A DNA stretch of 20,000 nt. It comes from an uncultured virus (IMG/VR IMGVR_UViG_3300042298_003554) (taxonomy: Duplodnaviria; Heunggongvirae; Uroviricota; Caudoviricetes). This document shows, one piece after another, positions 1 to 8,106 of this stretch. The notes under the pieces are model-generated. The model was not told where the DNA came from. It did no database searches and saw only the letters and a program-made list of their open reading frames with translations. Numbering within the stretch: position 1 is the first letter of the stretch; each line of letters begins with the position of its first letter. A program made the position numbers and the translations under genes. The DNA is taken from IMG/VR virus record IMGVR_UViG_3300042298_003554, one strand, 5' to 3'.

Positions 1-1
1 T

Positions 2-3000
2 TGGTACGGGAGGCGGCGTTCTTGGTAAAGAAGTTTTGGGGGTTGTTGAAGTGTCGTCGGGATCGGGCGGGATTTGAGGACTCGGTGGAGTAACCGCATA
101 TGTTGTGGCTGATTTTGGCGGCTCTATAGGAGCAGAATTTTGGTATGCGTCTATTCCTTTATTTAAAGCATCAATATAATTCGTCATAATAGCATCAATT
201 TCTGCCGCGCTTTTTCCTTGTTTAGCCAAAGACACGGCTACTGCACGATAGCTTTGCATCATCAAACTAGCATCTTCTACTGTTCCATTGATAGTACTAA
301 AATATCTATCTAAAGCGTTTGCTAAAACCGGAGCCACTTTGTCTATCTCTTGCCAGGCCGAATAACCATTACTTATGATTTGTTCTGTGGTTCTAAAACT
401 GTCTGCTAATAATATTGCGCTTGTCTTTAGAAATCCAAGATCGGGCACTGGCGCCTGAATACCAGTTGCATGTTTTCTATAAGAAACCTTGTCACCATCT
501 TTGAATTTTCTTACTCCAACAGCACCACCACTATTTAAACCTAATGCTTTAGTTGCCTTTTCTCTTATAACAAAACTACCTACAGGCAGATTTGTTGGTA
601 TACTATCACTGGTTCCGTTTCCGGGGCCCTTAAATACGCTAATACCTCCTTCACTGAACTCTGTCATACCATTTTTATCAGCTTGATTCATACGTTCTAA
701 TTTTCCATAGCCAATTTGTTTAGCAAGTTTGGGTGGCACAAAAGCCTCTCCGTTACTGACTAGAGCAGGAACTGATCCTCCGCCTTTAAGTTTGCTAATT
801 AATCCACCAACTGATAGTTTTTGTCTACTTATTCCGGCGCCTCCCAATAAGTCATCCAGAGTACTATCCAAAATTCCACTTAAATTTTCATCCAACAATG
901 GTAATTTTTGTACTAGTGTTGTTAAAAATTCTTCTTTACCATTATCTTCATATTTATCTATAACATCTTGACTTATTTTACCTCTTAATAAAATATCATT
1001 AACTCTAGGATTCAGTGGCTTGAAAGCTTTAGCATTTGTGGTGGACTGTGTTTCGGCCCAAGTTTTTCTTAATTCTGGAACATATTCCGGATCACTATTA
1101 ACATATTTTTCAAATGACTCTTTTTTAGCGGAGCCTATCATTAAACTGCTTAGTCCACTAAGTTTATAACTTCTTCCATAAGCAACATCAGCACTATTAT
1201 ATCCAGTATTTCCCACCAAAGCATCAAAAGCATCGGCCACATCATCATTATTTCCACTAAATAAACTAGCAACTTTGGCCTTGTATGCTTCAAATGATTG
1301 AGCATTTTTAGTTCTAAGACTATTAAAAAGTTGATGAGTTAATTCATGATATAAAATACTATAATCTTGACGTTGACTTGTATTAAACGGATTAGTCGCT
1401 ATACCAACGCTACCACGACCACTCTGGTTTGCAGATTGTAATCTAGATTCTTTTGCAGCTTTAATAGCCACATTATTTTTATCAATAAGAGATCTTTGTT
1501 GTTTTTGTAAATCTTCTAATTCTGCTCTTAGTTTTTCTGTTAGAGCCACATCATAACCAAAACTACCATCTTCATATGTTGTAACAGAAGTTTTGATTGT
1601 TTTTAATATTTGTTTCTTTTTTTCTTCTATTAGTTTAGTATATCCAAATAAATCTTGTTTATCTTGTTCAGTATAACCATATGGTGTCAGGTCCACTCCT
1701 TGTAGTCCTCTGGTTCCTGGGCCAGAAGGATCCTTGTTAAATAGTGCTGTAGCAGGATAATTAACACCAAAATCTAACTGAGTTGGTATAGCAGACAAGA
1801 AGTCTGTGGGTGGTAATCCTATGACTCGTGCAAATTGTCCCATTCTTTCAAAAACTGTATTTCTACTTATTTTATCCTTAAACGAATTTATGAATAGTTC
1901 TCTACTAAAAGGAGATTCGTATCCTTTTTGTACAGCCTCTTCGTCTACAATCATTCTTTCATTACCAGGATACGTTGAAAAAACCTTCTCCATTTGTTCT
2001 TGTTCTAATAATTTTTCCATTTCCCGAACATAAGCATTACTTATTCTTTTGGGAAATTTAAATGATCCAGAGCCAATTGTTGCTGCTCCTCCTTTAGCAT
2101 AGGCTTGTGGATTTTCTGTAAAGTATCTACTAAATTCTTCTCTGGCTTTTGAAAAACTGTCTCCATCCAAAGTTCTTTTTACTTCTGTTTCAATATTCGG
2201 AGGTAATCCAAAAAGTTGAGCACCTCTACCTAGTCCTTGTGGAAAATCAATCGCCCTATTTCTTTGTAAAGCATCAACATTTATATTATAGCCCAATAAT
2301 TGTGATAGTGCCGCTTCTAACATACCTCCTTCAATATTAGATTGTCCAAATTTTTCTTCTGCTGGTCCTTTAAGTTCTGGAACTTCACCATAACGAAAAG
2401 TGCTTTTACCAGCAGCCATTGTTGCTCTAATATTTTCTTCACTATCATCGATTAATTTTTCGGCTGCTGCAACATTAGCAGCTTTAGCTTTTGCTATATT
2501 TGTTCCTAATCCTTGACTAACTCCAGTAACATCTTGTTCTAAATAGGGTAATCCAAATCTATTAAGAGTAGATGCTATAATATCTGCTGTACTTTGAGGA
2601 CGAGCCGTTAAGATGCGACTATACATCCTAACATATCCAGGATTTTTTTGTTCTATACTAGCCAATCTTTTAGCTAGTGAGGTTGGTCTAGCTTGGGCTA
2701 GACTTTCCATAACTTTTTTTCTATCCGAATAGGCTGGTAAATCTTCTTTACCATTTTCATCTAGCATTTTTGTTCCAAGAGCTAATGTTTCATCAAAATC
2801 TATTGCTAATGGTTGAATTGGCCCCTGAATATTTCTATTACCTAATCCGCCTAATGCTGCCGTATCTTGAATATCTTCAGCAAATTTTTGACGAGTAGCT
2901 CTATTAGCCTCTTGCATAGCTTCTATTTGTGGTAAAAAGCTAGATTGAAATCCTCTAACATAACCATAAATTTCTCTACCATCTTCCAACTTCCAGTCTG

Positions 3001-6000
3001 AAAAATCTTTATTATAATCTAATGGAAATAATCCGGCAATTGCAACTTTTCTCATGGCTGCTTCTTTTGCTTCTCTAGCAGCATCTGTTTTTCCTGTCTT
3101 AGCTAGCGCCCTATTTATAAATTTAATAGCTTTTTCTATGTTTTTACCGGCTCTAATATTACTAGCATTCAATATAGAGCTAATCTCTCTTTCTCCAGCT
3201 CCTAATCCTAGTATTTTTTTAACTCCGCTAGCATCTCCAAAACTGGATAATTGTTCTAAAATTACAGTTTCAATAGATTTTTTTTCTTTAGCAGCTATGT
3301 TTTCTACTGTTCCGCCAACCGCAAACCTTCGTCTTGCTGCTTTTTGATCACCATAAACCATGCGTTTACCAACCGGACCACGCGAAGCTTGTGTTGCTAA
3401 TTTTCCTCTTTTTATAAACTCTCTAATAGTTTCTTCATCTTTGAGTTCATCAAATCTCATACTCTGAAGACCGCCGATAGCATCATATCTAGCAACTGGA
3501 AATCCATTTAAAACACCAACAGAAGATGATTTTTCTGAAAATAGTTTTTTAAATAATGGCAACTGTGATCTAGATGATTCTAAATTAGCAATAATTTTAT
3601 CAGCACGAGCCTCATCAATTATCATAGAATTAGAAATTGATTTTGATATAAGTTGTTCATCGCTCCCATAAAATTCGCCCAAAAGAGTTCTTATAGTTGA
3701 TAATTTAGATTGTAGCGCTTCTCCTCCGCCAGCAAATTTTTTAATTAATCCACCAGAATTTAATAGTTCTTTATATGCTCCGGATCTAGACTGTGTTCTA
3801 GTCCTCTGTAGTCCTGTTGCACCGCTTACATATGACGATCCAAATTTTGATGGTTTGAATAATAGATCGATATAACTAGATTCCTCTAAATTATCTTGAG
3901 TTATAATCCTCTTTAAGCTGTCTAGCTCACTATCAATATCAAAACTAGAAATACTTGGAAATTCTGATGGCGGTGGATTATTTTTATTTGTATATTGTTT
4001 TGTTGGTAAAGATTTTATAGCAGTAACGAGTTGTTGTCTTGTATCTTTTTTATCATTTTTAGGCAATCTACCATATTGCCCAACAAACAAAGAATCTTCT
4101 GATGTTGCTATAAAATTAGCTAAATCATTTTGACTAACTAAATTAGGATTATTGGCTCTAAGAGCTTGATTCCAATTTGATGGTAAATTTAATATAACTC
4201 TATCTTTAATTCTAAGTTGCATTTTTTTAATCAAATTATTAAAATCAAAATCTCCTGATTCTAATTGTTGTTTTGTTACTCCGGCATTGTCGTATGCAGA
4301 AGCGAAAAACTCTTTACTTCTATAATTTCTTGCATAATTTTGTAGATTTTTTTTACTTATTTGTATATCAGATCCTATATGAGATTTATTAAGAGTATTA
4401 TTTTGCGGAACGATTTTTCTAACTTGATCTCCTTTAGCATATCTATTCATTCTTACCAAATTACCTCTTCCATACTTATTAACAGCACGATTGCTCATTA
4501 CTACTTCGCCCGGCTCTAACAATGCTGGAACTTTGTCTCCTCTTCCGTTACCAGGAACACTTCCTCCTTTAGAGAAACCCAAAATACGACCACCGCCACT
4601 AGCAGTAGTTGGTCCACCGCCTCCGCCGAAATCTTTTCTATCTAAAGTAGCATCTAAATTAACCAAAGCAGCATAAACATTTTCTAGAGAACTATTATTA
4701 CTAGATAAAGTATTCGTATTATTTTGTAGTGTTGTATTATAGGTAGATAAACTATTACTAATAGCATTAAAATTAGTATTAAAAGTATTGATACCAGCAG
4801 ACAATTCCTGTATAGCGGTAGTATCTATTCCGGAAGATTTGTTTTTTTCATTTTGTATTTGTTGAATTCTTATTTTTTTTTCTGTACTATTTAGTGTTTT
4901 ATCAGTTCTAATATTTCTAATTTGTTGGGCTTGAATTTTTCTTTGTGTAGGATCCTGACCAGAATCTGTCGATGTTAACTTTTGATTATTAATAGTATCA
5001 TTTAAAGTTGATATAGACGATATCAAATTAGTAACTAATGATGGATCTATAACTTGTTCTTTTTCTTTTGAACTTAGATCAATTAAGGATTGTATTGTTG
5101 TAGTAAGAGACGTAAGCTTATCAGAAATACCATTCAAAGCTTCTGTATTCTTTTCAATATCTCTACTAGTTTGTTCTGTTTTAGCTCCAACTAAACTACT
5201 ACCCAAATTACTGCCTATAGATCTTGCTATTCCGGGTTGTTCTTCTCCCTCTTGTCCTTTTGGTACTTTCTTTAATCCTCCTATAAAACCACCAGCAAAT
5301 TGAGTAATACCTCGTAAGCTAGCCCCTGCTCCTAATATTGCTAATGCTGGTAGTACTCCTTTTAATGCGCTAGTAATTTTTATTAAACCACTTGCAAATC
5401 CTAAAGCGCCTCTAGCAAGAGTTTGGAATGTGTCGCTTTGACCTAAACTTCTAATTAAACTTAAAAATTCTTCTCTTACTTTAGCTATTTGATTAGCAAG
5501 ACTTAATTGAGCTTTTAATGCGTCTGCTGCTAAACTACCCTGACCAGCTTGTGCGACTTTTAGGGCCTCCTGCGCTGTTGCAAACTGTTGAATTAATGGG
5601 ATAACTTTGCCAATCTGTCTGAATCCACCAAGCTCTTCAACAATTTGACTAAATTTTATATCTCTAGGATCAATTCTATTTAATCCTTCGCTAAGTAATT
5701 GTACCGCTTTATATGCTCCAACAAATTTTCCTTCGGCATCTGTTAGTGTTACTCCAAAGTCTCTTAATGCATCTATTGTTCCTTGTCTTTGAATACGAGT
5801 AAAAATAGTTCTTAAACCGGTAGCAATAGTTTCTGCGCTTTCGCGTGTTGTAGCACGAACACTTGTAAAAACAGCAATAAACTCATTTAGAGCATCTGTT
5901 CCTTCGCTTACTCCTTTGCTGGCATTTGCAAACACACCACCAGTACGTTGAATAGCAGCAATAATATCACTAGACTCAACAGCAAATGCTGCCGCAACAC

Positions 6001-6814
6001 TATTAACACTACCCAATGCTTTTTCTAGTTCTTTGGCACTAATACCAAACTGTCTCATTAATGCAATAGAACCTTCTACTGTTTGATTAATATCGTCAAA
6101 ACTTGGAGCAAGGCTACTACGGGCTAATGCCTCTAATGCTGCTCTAGTTTCTGTTGCACTTAAACCAGCCTGTGCTAAGGTGCTAGAAACCTGAACTAAA
6201 CTATCAGAGCTAACACCAAGATTGATAGATAGTCTAGTAATTTCATTTTGTAGATCTTGTAATCCTTCGGCATTTTTGCCAGTTACTTGTTGTAATTTTA
6301 CTAATTCTTTATCAAACTCTATAAAGCTTTTTAAACCATTATTAATTGCTCTATTAAGACTAAAAAAGACTCCTGTTACAGCACTAAATGCTGCGAAACG
6401 ACGAACGGCCAAGGCGCTTTGACGACCAAACTCTTCCATCTCTGTTCTTGCTACGCTAACATTTTTAGCTGTTTTAGTAAGAGATGATCCAACATTATCT
6501 GCGCTTTTTGTTGTTTTGTCTAAATTAGATGATAATTTATTAGAAGAACCACTAATAGATGTGACACTTTGACCAAAACTCTTTATGGCAGAAGAGGCTG
6601 CTCTGGCATTGGTTGACACATTAGCTAGATTGGCATTTAATTCTTGTAACGACTTACTTAACCTCGAAGTATTATTTATGCTTGCTGGATCAATATTAAA
6701 TTTTATATCACCAGTAATAGTTCCTAGTTGTTTTTTAACATCCGAAACTATCTGTCTAACATTTGATGGTCCACGCAAATTTAATTGTGCGGTTAGATTA
6801 AAGGCTTGTGCCAT
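2..6814 (-). CDS. Giant tail tape measure protein (3'-partial, at least 2271 aa) with embedded enzyme-like domains
   Basis: ATG at 6814 (MAQAFNLTAQLNLRGPSNVRQIVSDVKKQLG). Codon-by-codon translation of 4680 to 2 shows no stop, and the ORF track reports no ORF from this start, consistent with running off the window. About 6325-5460 reads as a TP901/PhageMin_Tail-type core (FIEFDKEL...LAQAG...AVESSDIIAAIQRTGG...ESAETIATGLRTIFTRIQ...LGGFRQ). It lies downstream of tail tube and chaperone-like genes. Confidence 0.92.
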   Translation of the reverse strand, partial: MAQAFNLTAQLNLRGPSNVRQIVSDVKKQLGTITGDIKFNIDPASINNTSRLSKSLQELNANLANVSTNARAASSAIKSFGQSVTSISGSSNKLSSNLDKTTKSADNVGSSLTKTAKNVSVARTEMEEFGRQSALAVRRFAAFSAVTGVFFSLNRAINNGLKSFIEFDKELVKLQQVTGKNAEGLQDLQNEITRLSINLGVSSDSLVQVSSTLAQAGLSATETRAALEALARSSLAPSFDDINQTVEGSIALMRQFGISAKELEKALGSVNSVAAAFAVESSDIIAAIQRTGGVFANASKGVSEGTDALNEFIAVFTSVRATTRESAETIATGLRTIFTRIQRQGTIDALRDFGVTLTDAEGKFVGAYKAVQLLSEGLNRIDPRDIKFSQIVEELGGFRQIGKVIPLIQQFATAQEALKVAQAGQGSLAADALKAQLSLANQIAKVREEFLSLIRSLGQSDTFQTLARGALGFASGLIKITSALKGVLPALAILGAGASLRGITQFAGGFIGGLKKVPKGQEGEEQPGIARSIGSNLGSSLVGAKTEQTSRDIEKNTEALNGISDKLTSLTTTIQSLIDLSSKEKEQVIDPSLVTNLISSISTLNDTINNQKLTSTDSGQDPTQRKIQAQQIRNIRTDKTLNSTEKKIRIQQIQNEKNKSSGIDTTAIQELSAGINTFNTNFNAISNSLSTYNTTLQNNTNTLSSNNSSLENVYAALVNLDATLDRKDFGGGGGPTTASGGGRILGFSKGGSVPGNGRGDKVPALLEPGEVVMSNRAVNKYGRGNLVRMNRYAKGDQVRKIVPQNNTLNKSHIGSDIQISKKNLQNYARNYRSKEFFASAYDNAGVTKQQLESGDFDFNNLIKKMQLRIKDRVILNLPSNWNQALRANNPNLVSQNDLANFIATSEDSLFVGQYGRLPKNDKKDTRQQLVTAIKSLPTKQYTNKNNPPPSEFPSISSFDIDSELDSLKRIITQDNLEESSYIDLLFKPSKFGSSYVSGATGLQRTRTQSRSGAYKELLNSGGLIKKFAGGGEALQSKLSTIRTLLGEFYGSDEQLISKSISNSMIIDEARADKIIANLESSRSQLPLFKKLFSEKSSSVGVLNGFPVARYDAIGGLQSMRFDELKDEETIREFIKRGKLATQASRGPVGKRMVYGDQKAARRRFAVGGTVENIAAKEKKSIETVILEQLSSFGDASGVKKILGLGAGEREISSILNASNIRAGKNIEKAIKFINRALAKTGKTDAAREAKEAAMRKVAIAGLFPLDYNKDFSDWKLEDGREIYGYVRGFQSSFLPQIEAMQEANRATRQKFAEDIQDTAALGGLGNRNIQGPIQPLAIDFDETLALGTKMLDENGKEDLPAYSDRKKVMESLAQARPTSLAKRLASIEQKNPGYVRMYSRILTARPQSTADIIASTLNRFGLPYLEQDVTGVSQGLGTNIAKAKAANVAAAEKLIDDSEENIRATMAAGKSTFRYGEVPELKGPAEEKFGQSNIEGGMLEAALSQLLGYNINVDALQRNRAIDFPQGLGRGAQLFGLPPNIETEVKRTLDGDSFSKAREEFSRYFTENPQAYAKGGAATIGSGSFKFPKRISNAYVREMEKLLEQEQMEKVFSTYPGNERMIVDEEAVQKGYESPFSRELFINSFKDKISRNTVFERMGQFARVIGLPPTDFLSAIPTQLDFGVNYPATALFNKDPSGPGTRGLQGVDLTPYGYTEQDKQDLFGYTKLIEEKKKQILKTIKTSVTTYEDGSFGYDVALTEKLRAELEDLQKQQRSLIDKNNVAIKAAKESRLQSANQSGRGSVGIATNPFNTSQRQDYSILYHELTHQLFNSLRTKNAQSFEAYKAKVASLFSGNNDDVADAFDALVGNTGYNSADVAYGRSYKLSGLSSLMIGSAKKESFEKYVNSDPEYVPELRKTWAETQSTTNAKAFKPLNPRVNDILLRGKISQDVIDKYEDNGKEEFLTTLVQKLPLLDENLSGILDSTLDDLLGGAGISRQKLSVGGLISKLKGGGSVPALVSNGEAFVPPKLAKQIGYGKLERMNQADKNGMTEFSEGGISVFKGPGNGTSDSIPTNLPVGSFVIREKATKALGLNSGGAVGVRKFKDGDKVSYRKHATGIQAPVPDLGFLKTSAILLADSFRTTEQIISNGYSAWQEIDKVAPVLANALDRYFSTINGTVEDASLMMQSYRAVAVSLAKQGKSAAEIDAIMTNYIDALNKGIDAYQNSAPIEPPKSATTYAVTPPSPQIPPDPDDTSTTPKTSLPRTPPPVP
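840..1860 (-). other. Zincin-like (HExxH) metallopeptidase domain inside the TMP
   Basis: Strand RGSVGI followed by SILYHELTHQLF (HELTH 1348-1334), and a downstream GKEEFLTTL (EEF 934-926) as candidate third-ligand helix. Boundaries approximate. Confidence 0.7.
2102..2345 (-). other. PD-(D/E)xK restriction-endonuclease-like domain inside the TMP
   Basis: Helix EGGMLEAAL (E 2317-2315), AIDF (D 2248-2246), TEVKRT (ExK 2185-2177), then a helix KAREEFSRY. Confidence 0.5.
2390..2815 (-). other. HAD-superfamily phosphatase domain inside the TMP
   Basis: Motif I LAIDFDETL (DFDET 2800-2786), motif II RILTAR (LTAR 2611-2600), a Lys-containing helix AKAKA, and motif IV LIDDSEEN (DD 2449-2444), in canonical order. 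Confidence 0.85.
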
Positions 6815-6840
6815 AATAGATCAAATTCCTAGGTAAAGAT

Positions 6841-6881
6841 AAAAATATTCCCCGATTAGAATTTCTTCTAGCCGGGGAATA
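6841..6881 (-). terminator. Intrinsic terminator-like hairpin upstream of the TMP gene
   Basis: Minus-strand RNA UAUUCCCCG-GC-UAGAA-GAAA-UUCUA-AU-CGGGGAAUA-UUUUU: 9-bp outer stem (6846-6854 with 6873-6881), 5-bp inner stem, GAAA tetraloop, U5 tract. Confidence 0.7.
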
Positions 6882-6911
6882 ATATAACCCAGTATAATAT
6901 ACACTAATTTA

Positions 6912-7820
6912 TTAATTTGTTGAAACTGTTTGTTCTGTTGGTGCAGAAACTTGGGGTTGGGTATCAACCGCTTGGGAAACTGCTTCAACAGATGGTTCAA
7001 CTTTATCATCTTTGGGTTGTTCCTCATCTAAAATAATTGGATTTCCATTTTCATCAAGGAATGGTTGACTATCAACAAGATACTCTCCATCTTTGTCTAC
7101 TTTGTTACCGAACTTATCAACAAAGTTACCCTCTTCATCAATAAATCTACCACTCTCATCTATTAGTCTGCCTTCTCTATCTATTAGCCTACCCTTTTTG
7201 TCTACCAAGCGTAATTTCTCATCAATAAATTTAAATTTCTTTAAAAATTTATTTTCTGGTAAATTAGTTTCATAGTCATTATCTAAGCCATATAACATGT
7301 TAGCCAAATTTTGAGCACCCATTATAGCAACCTTCTCGGTTGAGCTATTTAGATACTCTTCCATATTTTTATATACTGGTTGTTTAGTATCATTATACAC
7401 CAAACAAACACTTACTAAATAATTAAATCTACTATTATCAGCTTGACCTTCTGCGCTATGATTATCCAAGCTGGTACGAACACTAATAAGATCTCGTATT
7501 TCATCACGAATACTCTTCATTTTAATAGCTAGGTCTTTAGCTTCATTTAAACTAAAACCGCCTTTAGCCAAGCGTTTTTCGCCCTCTAGAAGCTCTCGTT
7601 GAAGCTCTGTAAATTTAGCTTGTTTTTCGTCATTCCATAGTCCCTGATCTTCTAATAGATCATCGAGTTTAGCTCTTACAACACTTTTACTTTTAATAGC
7701 ATCTGTAAAAGCCTGATTATAAATTTTTTGAGCTTCTCTCTGGTTATCTAATGTTGGGCTTCGAACCAAATATTCTTTTTCAACACCGTCTACTTCTAAT
7801 TTAAATGTTTTTGTCTTCAT
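6912..7820 (-). CDS. Putative tail assembly chaperone-like protein with C-terminal 7-aa DxxG repeats
   Basis: 302-aa ORF with AGGAG upstream, immediately before the TMP; helical and charged. Function inferred from position only. Confidence 0.55.
   Translation of the reverse strand: MKTKTFKLEVDGVEKEYLVRSPTLDNQREAQKIYNQAFTDAIKSKSVVRAKLDDLLEDQGLWNDEKQAKFTELQRELLEGEKRLAKGGFSLNEAKDLAIKMKSIRDEIRDLISVRTSLDNHSAEGQADNSRFNYLVSVCLVYNDTKQPVYKNMEEYLNSSTEKVAIMGAQNLANMLYGLDNDYETNLPENKFLKKFKFIDEKLRLVDKKGRLIDREGRLIDESGRFIDEEGNFVDKFGNKVDKDGEYLVDSQPFLDENGNPIILDEEQPKDDKVEPSVEAVSQAVDTQPQVSAPTEQTVSTN
7075..7208 (-). repeat. Six tandem 7-aa (21-nt) repeats [VI]DxxGxx
   Basis: VDKKGRL IDREGRL IDESGRF IDEEGNF VDKFGNK VDKDGEY. 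Confidence 0.85.
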
Positions 7821-8104
7821 ACATCCTTCTCCTGTTTAAGATTAAATTTATAGGTATACTTACTATTTGTTTTATTTTGTGATAAAAATTTTTTTAAATC
7901 ATCTAGTGCTGCTCGTGCTTGTTTATTGCCATTATTTAGTATGCTATTTCTGGTAAATTCCCAAGCGTCCCATACCGGACTATTGTCTGGTTCATTTTCC
8001 CAAACATGACCGAAATTATCTTCGAATCTTGCTAATGCTCCAATCATAGTGGTTTGAAATCTTTTATATATATTATCTAGTAATTGTTGTTCATCATGAG
8101 TCAT
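7817..8104 (-). CDS. Hypothetical phage protein (95 aa), tail-assembly region
   Basis: ORF with a 4-nt ATGA overlap to the next gene and 2 nt from the previous stop. Confidence 0.7.
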   Translation of the reverse strand: MTHDEQQLLDNIYKRFQTTMIGALARFEDNFGHVWENEPDNSPVWDAWEFTRNSILNNGNKQARAALDDLKKFLSQNKTNSKYTYKFNLKQEKDV

Positions 8105-8106
8105 AT

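Noticed and set aside
818..4426. Inteins or introns explaining the TMP insertions
   Set aside because: No C/S...HN-C/S/T splice junctions or LAGLIDADG motif seen at module boundaries, and the frame is uninterrupted
1..6814. Apparent 6.8-kb gene desert, pseudogene or recoded region
   Set aside because: It is a single open minus-strand frame that lacks a stop within the window, which is why the ORF caller skipped it
6821..7027. 68-aa minus ORF as a G/GT-type frameshift extension of the 302-aa gene
   Set aside because: It ends close to the TMP start, but it needs a +1/-2 shift, I found no convincing slippery site, and it crosses the terminator-like hairpin. Not fully excluded without proteomics.
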